Assembly: GCA_017881075.1 (NCBI GenBank)
Contig: JADGRH010000001.1
Location: 1-57,638, forward strand
From: Minisyncoccota bacterium
GTDB lineage: Bacteria > Patescibacteriota > Minisyncoccia > Phycocordibacterales > CAJBRS01
Direction: 5' to 3'
DNA length: 57,638 bases
In this document: positions 52,087 through 57,638 of the stretch, one piece after another
Layout: each line of letters starts with the position of its first letter
How positions within the stretch are numbered: the stretch's first letter is position 1
Notes under the pieces: model-generated
Seen by the model: only the letters and a program-made list of their open reading frames with translations
What the model was told of the DNA's origin: nothing
The model's database searches: none
Made by a program: the position numbers and the translations under genes

Positions 52087-52120
52087 TCTGTTTTATAGCT
52101 GTGGGCTTCGCTAGAATTTT
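52024..52120. repeat. Long imperfect inverted repeat spanning the obg 3' end and stop codon
   Basis: Inner arms CCCACAGCTATAAAACAGAC (52039-52058) and GTCTGTTTTATAGCTGTGGG (52086-52105) are perfect 20-mers. Outer arms are AAAATTCT/AGAATTTT. The loop is 27 nt. Confidence 0.8.
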
Positions 52121-52142
52121 GATTAAGTGATATATTTTTCAT

Positions 52143-53687
52143 ATGGAACCTAAATACTACCCGACAATTGGCTTGGAAATTCATGCGGAATTGGCGACTA
52201 AGACCAAGATGTTCTGCGACTCAAAAAATGACCCGAACGAGAAAGAACCAAATGTAAATATCTGTCCCATTTGCCTGGGGCATCCAGGCACTCTTCCCGT
52301 TATCAATAAAGAGGCGGTGAAGCATGTCATTAAGGTGGGTATTGCCGTGGGTGGAGAGATTGCCGATTTTACTGAATTTGATCGTAAGAATTATTTCTAC
52401 CCCGATATTCCAAAGAGCTATCAGATCTCCCAATACAAATATCCTCTAGTTAAGGGGGGCACCCTTGATGGAGTAAAACTGACACGCATTCACCTTGAAG
52501 AAGACACGGCTACCTCAAAACATGACCAAGGAGATTTCTCTCTCATCGATTTCAATCGGGCCGGAGTGCCACTAATGGAATTGGTGACCGAGCCGGTCAT
52601 TCACAGCGCTGAAGAAGCCTCAAGTTTTGCTAAGGAGCTTCAATTACTTTTGCAATATCTTGGAGTGGCCGAAGCTAACATGGAGAAAGGAGAGATGAGG
52701 GTGGAAGCGAATATATCAATAAGCCCAATATCGAAGTCTGACTTCGATATTGGGAAGAAATATCGAAGTCAGACTTCGATATTGGGAACAAAAGTAGAAG
52801 TAAAAAATCTAAACTCATTTAAATCTGTAGAAAAAGCTATTGCATATGAGATTAACCGAATGGCAGAAATCTTAGAGAAAGGAGAGAAAGTAATTCAGGA
52901 AACGCGTGGCTGGGACGAAATCAAACAGAAAACTTTTTCTCAAAGGGAGAAAGAAGAATCGCATGACTATCGTTATTTTCCGGATCCCGATCTTCCGAAG
53001 CTTTACATCAGCGAGGTGCCAGAATTTAAAAAAGAAGTTTTAGAAAAAGAGATTCCTGAATTACCGTCTCAAAAAAGGGAACGTTATAAAAAAGATTTTG
53101 GACTGAAGAATGAAGATGTAGAAATGTATGTTAGGGGAAAGGAGTGGGGAAAATTTTTTGAAGAAGTAGTTTCAAAACTTGCAGAGGTCAGACCTCTGCA
53201 AGAGCAAGAGAAAAGCAGAGGTCTGACCTCTGCAAGTTTGGTGGTGCTGGCTTCAAATTATGTTACTTCTGATCTGGTGGGAATTTCTAAGAATTCAGCA
53301 GAGAGAGGCCTGCCCGCCGCGCCGGCTAGGCAGGCGAGTGAAATTTTCGGAAAAATCTCGGCCGAAAATTTCGCCGAACTGATCCGGATGATCGGCGCCC
53401 GAGCGATCTCTTCTCGGGCGGCCAAAGATATTCTGGCTATTATGCATAAGGAAGGCGGCGATCCCCAAAAGATCGCCGCCTCCAAGAATCTCCTTCAAAA
53501 GCAAGATGCGGCCGAGTTAAAGATCATTGTTCAAAATATCATTGCCTCTAGCCCTCAAGTAGTAGCTGATTACAAAGGAGGCAAAGAAACCGCCCTTCAG
53601 TTTTTTGTTGGGCAGGCCATGAAAGAAACCAAAGGGGCGGCTAATCCAGAGAAATTGAGAGAGATTTTGCTAGAGCTGCTACAGTAA
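52143..53687 (+). CDS. gatB: Asp-tRNA(Asn)/Glu-tRNA(Gln) amidotransferase subunit B, carrying in-frame repeat insertions
   Basis: IGLEIHAEL, CPICLGHPGTLPV, FDRKNYFYPDIPK, RIHLEEDT, NRAGVPLMELVTEP, KNLNSF, and a C-terminal YqeY-like domain. It is 514 aa, longer than the usual ~475-480 as I recall. Confidence 0.9.
   Translation: MEPKYYPTIGLEIHAELATKTKMFCDSKNDPNEKEPNVNICPICLGHPGTLPVINKEAVKHVIKVGIAVGGEIADFTEFDRKNYFYPDIPKSYQISQYKYPLVKGGTLDGVKLTRIHLEEDTATSKHDQGDFSLIDFNRAGVPLMELVTEPVIHSAEEASSFAKELQLLLQYLGVAEANMEKGEMRVEANISISPISKSDFDIGKKYRSQTSILGTKVEVKNLNSFKSVEKAIAYEINRMAEILEKGEKVIQETRGWDEIKQKTFSQREKEESHDYRYFPDPDLPKLYISEVPEFKKEVLEKEIPELPSQKRERYKKDFGLKNEDVEMYVRGKEWGKFFEEVVSKLAEVRPLQEQEKSRGLTSASLVVLASNYVTSDLVGISKNSAERGLPAAPARQASEIFGKISAENFAELIRMIGARAISSRAAKDILAIMHKEGGDPQKIAASKNLLQKQDAAELKIIVQNIIASSPQVVADYKGGKETALQFFVGQAMKETKGAANPEKLREILLELLQ
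52724..52783. repeat. REP family A doublet inside gatB
   Basis: CCCAATATCGAAGTC-T-GACTTCGATATTGGG (52724-52754) and AATATCGAAGTC-A-GACTTCGATATT (52759-52783). Translated as PISKSDFDIGKKYRSQTSI. Confidence 0.9.
53178..53233. repeat. REP family B doublet inside gatB
   Basis: CTTGCAGAGGTC-A-GACCTCTGCAAG (53178-53202) and GCAGAGGTC-T-GACCTCTGC (53215-53233). Translated as LAEVRPLQEQEKSRGLTSA. Confidence 0.9.
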
Positions 53688-53755
53688 ATAGTTTATCCCC
53701 AGGGAGTGTTTTACATTAGTTTTTAGTGTATAATATTTAATATACATATCAATCC

Positions 53756-54400
53756 ATGTTGAAGCATCTAAAAATCATCTTACCGCTCTCGCTTCTATTT
53801 ACTGTTGGGGCCTTTTTCACTTACGGTGCTTTTGAACCCCAATTAGCTAACGCTATCACTGCCAGCGATTCAGTGGTCATTACTCTTGTTGTCAATAAGG
53901 AGATTACAATCACTAGTCCGGCAGATTCTAGTATGAGCACCAATCTCGGTCTTGCTCAAAACACCGCCGTTGGTACTACTACCTGGAATGTTAAAACCAA
54001 TGACTCTACCGGTTACACTATGGCGGTCCAGGCCACTAGTGCACCGGCGATGCAGTCTGGGGCCTTTTCTATTACCGATTATCAAACAAATGCTCCTAAT
54101 CTTTGGTCGGCCACCTCTGGCAATGCCTATTTTGGTTATTCTGCTTTTGGTAGCGATACTCTTTCTGCCACATGGGGAACCGATACGGATTGTTATGGAG
54201 CAACTAACAACAGTATTTCTACCGGTTTAAAATACCAAGGCTTTAAAACTAGTGCCGGTACCAACATTGCCAGTCATAGCGCCACCACTACATCTGCCGG
54301 TGTCGATACTACGGTCTGCTATGCCGTTGAACAGAATGCTTTCTTTATTCCTGCCGGTACATATACCGCCACTATTACTGCAACCGCGACTGGTGTTTAA
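53756..54400 (+). CDS. Secreted surface protein, WxL-like/paralogue of 55370..56110
   Basis: Signal peptide. TTWNVKTNDSTGYTMAVQATSAPAM parallels STWTVTTDDVAGYQLTVIATTTPAL in the paralogue. C-terminal TYTATITATATGV. Confidence 0.5.
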   Translation: MLKHLKIILPLSLLFTVGAFFTYGAFEPQLANAITASDSVVITLVVNKEITITSPADSSMSTNLGLAQNTAVGTTTWNVKTNDSTGYTMAVQATSAPAMQSGAFSITDYQTNAPNLWSATSGNAYFGYSAFGSDTLSATWGTDTDCYGATNNSISTGLKYQGFKTSAGTNIASHSATTTSAGVDTTVCYAVEQNAFFIPAGTYTATITATATGV

Positions 54401-54402
54401 AC

Positions 54403-55365
54403 ATGACAGCCTATGTTAAAAGAGGGGTGTGGGTTTTACTTCTAGCCTTTCTCGGCCTTTTTTTCATGGGGCAAGTATTAGCTTTTAATATTACTTCAAC
54501 CACAGTTGAAGATAGAAACGATTTTATTGTTGAACCGACCAAACAAGAAATAATATTAAATCCGGGGGAAGTAGACACTCGATCCGTCTATATTACAAGC
54601 CGAATTAAGACCCCCACCGCCTTTAGGGTAGAAATAGAGGATATTGTCGGTTCAGAAGATCCTAATACACCGGTGATTTTATTGGGGGGAGATAGAAGCC
54701 CGTATTCATTAAAGGATTATCTTCATCCGGATATTCAAGAGTTCACTTTAAAGTTTGGGGATAAAATCCAGATACCGATTAATGTTAATCTGCCTTCTAC
54801 CGCCGCTCCAGGAGGATTTTATGCCGCGGTTATTATTTCTAATGCTCCTTCCAAAGAGGGTACTTCCACCGCAGGAATAAGCTCAACCAAAGTTATTTCC
54901 CGAATCGCCTCCCTTTTTCTGGTCAGAATTACTGGCCCGGTAAATCAAAATGGACATTTAGACGATTTTAAAATCAAGGACCCCAAGCCAATTTATCAAA
55001 AAGCCGACCTCACTTTTCAGATTTACTTTAAAAATGAAGGCACGATCCATCTTGTCCCGTATGGAACTATAGATATTAAGAATATGTGGGGGCAAGTAGT
55101 CAGTACCGTTCCGGTGGACGCCTATTTCTCTCTTCCTCAATCATTGCGTTATCGGGAAGTTCAATGGAACAGTCCGCTGGCCATTGGAAGATACACCGCT
55201 ACCCTAAACTTACATCGTGGTTATGGTGACACCGTCGACCAAAAAATAATCGCTTTCTGGATTATTCCCTGGAAAATTATTATCATCACCCTCCTCATCA
55301 TCATTGTTCTTGTCGGTCTTGTCTACTTCTTTGTCAAAAACTTTGAACTGAAGAAAAAGAAATAG
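54403..55365 (+). CDS. Cell-surface protein with a C-terminal TM anchor (DUF916/CscA-like)
   Basis: Signal peptide, an Ig-like beta-rich body (GGFYAAVIISN), and a C-terminal TM helix followed by KKKK. Confidence 0.4.
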   Translation: MTAYVKRGVWVLLLAFLGLFFMGQVLAFNITSTTVEDRNDFIVEPTKQEIILNPGEVDTRSVYITSRIKTPTAFRVEIEDIVGSEDPNTPVILLGGDRSPYSLKDYLHPDIQEFTLKFGDKIQIPINVNLPSTAAPGGFYAAVIISNAPSKEGTSTAGISSTKVISRIASLFLVRITGPVNQNGHLDDFKIKDPKPIYQKADLTFQIYFKNEGTIHLVPYGTIDIKNMWGQVVSTVPVDAYFSLPQSLRYREVQWNSPLAIGRYTATLNLHRGYGDTVDQKIIAFWIIPWKIIIITLLIIIVLVGLVYFFVKNFELKKKK

Positions 55366-55369
55366 GTCT

Positions 55370-56110
55370 ATGAAGATATTTAAGTATCTCGTCTCGGTTA
55401 TAGTTTTAACCGCCCCCCTCTTTATCTTGGCAGCGGTAATGCAAAGTAGCAGCTATCGTATTCAAACCGACAGTCTGAATATTGGCGGAGGCTACTCTAG
55501 CAGTACTAATTATCAACAACAGAGTACTATTGGAGAAGTCGGTAGCGGTACCAGTTCCAGTGCCTCATATAATCTTAGTGCCGGCTATCAGGCAATGCAG
55601 TCAACTTATTTAGCTATCACCGATTCGGCAAACATTACTCTTCCTCCTATCGGCGGAGTTTCTGGTGGAAATAGCACCGGACAATCTACCTGGACAGTTA
55701 CTACGGATGATGTAGCCGGATATCAACTAACCGTTATTGCTACCACTACTCCAGCCCTAAAATCGGCCAGCAGTAGCATAGCGGATTACGTTCCAGCTGG
55801 TGGCAATCCGGACTATATCTTTACCTATGCTTCAAATGTCTCAACTTTCGGCTTTTCGCCTGAAGGAGGAGATATTATTCAACGCTATAAAGATAATGGC
55901 TCATCCTGTAATACAGGATCAGGGAACACGGTGGATCGTTGTTGGGACGGCCTTTCCACCACTCCTATTCTTATTGCTCAAAGTTCAGCGGCCAATCACC
56001 CCTCTGGGACAAATACCACAATTAAATATCAGGTCGGTATTGGCGCCAGTAAGATTCAAGACTCTGGCACTTACCAGGCTAATGTAGTGGTGACGGCCAC
56101 GGCGCTGTAA
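55370..56110 (+). CDS. Secreted surface protein, paralogue of 53756..54400
   Basis: Signal peptide, then the MQSSSYRIQTDSLNIGGGYSSSTNYQQQSTIGE repeat-like N-terminus. Shared central and C-terminal blocks. Confidence 0.5.
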   Translation: MKIFKYLVSVIVLTAPLFILAAVMQSSSYRIQTDSLNIGGGYSSSTNYQQQSTIGEVGSGTSSSASYNLSAGYQAMQSTYLAITDSANITLPPIGGVSGGNSTGQSTWTVTTDDVAGYQLTVIATTTPALKSASSSIADYVPAGGNPDYIFTYASNVSTFGFSPEGGDIIQRYKDNGSSCNTGSGNTVDRCWDGLSTTPILIAQSSAANHPSGTNTTIKYQVGIGASKIQDSGTYQANVVVTATAL

Positions 56111-57429
56111 TGAAAACAATTTGGAAAATTATCGCTGTGGTTATTTTTATTTTAATGGCGGTTGCCTCGCCTGCGGCGAGGCAACCCTCTCCGCTCTACG
56201 CTCAATCTGCCGATGCCGGAAACATAGTTCATCTTCAAGTTAATAACTGCAACAACAACGGAATCTGTGAACCGCAGTTCGGCGAAAATTATTTAGGCTG
56301 TCCACTTGATTGCCCGGGCAATCCTCCACCACCTCCTCCTCCAGTGCACCATCCTTCTGCCAATCATTCTCTTGATCCTTACAACATCAGCGTCACCGTT
56401 AATGAAGATTTAACTGCTCTAATAACATGGAACACTTATGATGCTTCTGTCGGATATTTATCATGGGGTAGGACTGCAGAAACTGCAGACGGCACAATTG
56501 CCGAAATCAATTTTGGAATCGAACACGCAATTCAACTCACTAGTCTACAGCCAAACAGTCAATATTTTTTCAAGATTGAGACAAGGTCGGAAGACGGTCG
56601 GCATGGTCAATCAAGCGTTTACTCTTTTATCACTCCTTCATTAATCTCTTCACCGCAGAATATCACCGACTTCCATTTTCAATTAGTGGGACAGGATATT
56701 TTGCTTCTCTGGCAAAATCCCAACGATCCTAATTTTCAAAAGACAATAATTCTCCGGTCAGACATTTTTTATCCGAATGATCCTCAAGGGCCCGGCTTAA
56801 TATATGAAGGGCAGGGGACCACCACTCTCGACCAAAGAGTAAAAGTCTTTCATGATTATTATTACACTGCTTTCGCTGAAGATATTTATGGGCATTACTC
56901 TTCCGGTGTCACCTTGCATGTACGATTAATTCCTTATACTGAAAAGTTGGCTTCATCAACTTCTTCTGTTCTTCCCACCATTATTCAATTATCCGATATT
57001 GGTATTGAACAAAATAGACATCAAGTTTATTTTTCTAACGGCATAGCAGAGATAGAGAAAAATATTCCAATCCGTTTCTTTATCGGAGAAAGTGCTTTGC
57101 CAACAGGCACCAATGAAATTATCTTGAATATCGAAAATGAATTTGCTCCAGGATCATTTACCTCATCTCTTATGAGAACTACTGTTAATGATCATGTTTA
57201 TGAAGCCACTGTCCCGGCCTTCACCTCTCTCGGTCAATATCGATTTCTAATCAGTGCTTTGAATAAAAAAAATCAGACTATTGGTCAGGCTGGGGGGATA
57301 TTGGAAGTAATAAAGCAAAAGTCCTTTTGCTGGTATTGCTACTTGTGGGAAATTTACAAGGCGGATTATTATGTGGCCTATTTCTTCGGTTTTTTGGACT
57401 ATCTCGGCTGGTTAGTTATCCACATTTAA
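56110..57429 (+). CDS. Secreted protein with a Pro-rich linker and an FN3-like domain; C-terminal hydrophobic tail
   Basis: Signal peptide, PPPPPPPVHHP, an FN3-like ISVTVNEDLTALITWNTYDASVGYLSWG...LQPNSQYFFKIE, and a C-terminal aromatic/hydrophobic segment. Confidence 0.5.
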   Translation: MKTIWKIIAVVIFILMAVASPAARQPSPLYAQSADAGNIVHLQVNNCNNNGICEPQFGENYLGCPLDCPGNPPPPPPPVHHPSANHSLDPYNISVTVNEDLTALITWNTYDASVGYLSWGRTAETADGTIAEINFGIEHAIQLTSLQPNSQYFFKIETRSEDGRHGQSSVYSFITPSLISSPQNITDFHFQLVGQDILLLWQNPNDPNFQKTIILRSDIFYPNDPQGPGLIYEGQGTTTLDQRVKVFHDYYYTAFAEDIYGHYSSGVTLHVRLIPYTEKLASSTSSVLPTIIQLSDIGIEQNRHQVYFSNGIAEIEKNIPIRFFIGESALPTGTNEIILNIENEFAPGSFTSSLMRTTVNDHVYEATVPAFTSLGQYRFLISALNKKNQTIGQAGGILEVIKQKSFCWYCYLWEIYKADYYVAYFFGFLDYLGWLVIHI

Positions 57430-57511
57430 ATTCAAGTTGCTTTCGGGCCTCTTTAGGCTATAATTCTAGGCGAGGGATATAGAGAGGGATATATTTCAGA
57501 GGGATTCTGAA

Positions 57512-57638
57512 ATGATCCAAAACAGGCTTAAAAGTAAACTACAATTAAATAAATTAGACGTAAGATCCCTCATACTTACACTCCTTATTACTGGGAGTAT
57601 TTTTTTTGTTTTATTTTCGCTCTATAGTAATGTGGCGC
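57512..57638 (+). CDS. 5' fragment of a membrane-protein ORF (runs off the window)
   Basis: ATG at 57512. MIQNRLKSKLQLNKLDVRSLILTLLITGSIFFVLFSLYSNVA..., open to the window end. Confidence 0.25.
   Translation, partial: MIQNRLKSKLQLNKLDVRSLILTLLITGSIFFVLFSLYSNVA

Noticed and set aside
1-57638. CRISPR arrays, prophage or integrase modules, toxin-antitoxin pairs, and recognisable defence-system genes.
   Set aside because: I found no direct-repeat/spacer periodicity and no cas, integrase or typical TA gene pairs while reading both strands. The only repeat systems seen are the DGR TR/VR pair and the palindromic REP-like families.

Overview
This window looks like a fragment of a small, AT-rich, gene-dense bacterial genome. 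By inference it is Candidate Phyla Radiation / Patescibacteria-like: the 16S has an insertion, gene starts look leaderless, PurO is archaeal-type, a MYG1 protein is present, and there are many small membrane proteins.

Gene order:
- 3' part of a 16S rRNA, followed by its own terminator rather than a 23S.
- Five tRNAs.
- Housekeeping genes: yhhQ, radC, mpl, rsmI, murB, secA, obg, gatB.
- A ~17 kb glycan and surface-polysaccharide locus (13.8-31.1 kb).
- Two ABC transporters and a ZIP transporter.
- A four-gene secreted surface-protein cluster at the 3' end.

Two systems stand out.

1. A complete diversity-generating retroelement (DGR) at 33.5-36.0 kb.
- The 127-nt template repeat (TR) and variable repeat (VR) differ at 21 positions, and 20 of these are TR adenines.
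- avd is inverted, sits head-to-head with the reverse transcriptase (RT), and carries a G11/C11 homopolymer tract in its coding sequence.
- A non-diversified paralogue of the target lies at 7.8 kb.

2. A REP-like palindromic repeat family with core GARGTCWGACYTC.
- It flanks an IS200/RAYT-type Y1 transposase at 46.2 kb.
- It is also found as inverted doublets inserted in-frame inside the essential gatB gene, which resembles Rickettsia palindromic elements.

Other observations:
- The 16S 3' tail has no CCUCC anti-Shine-Dalgarno. Many genes instead have an extended -10 box 6-10 nt upstream of the ATG.
- 16S helix 40 is expanded to about 100 nt.
- A candidate riboswitch or attenuator lies upstream of yhhQ.
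- There is a 26-aa polybasic micro-ORF.
- A GDP-mannose 3,5-epimerase is paired with two GT11 transferases.

All calls come from reading the sequence and ORF translations by eye. No database searches were run.
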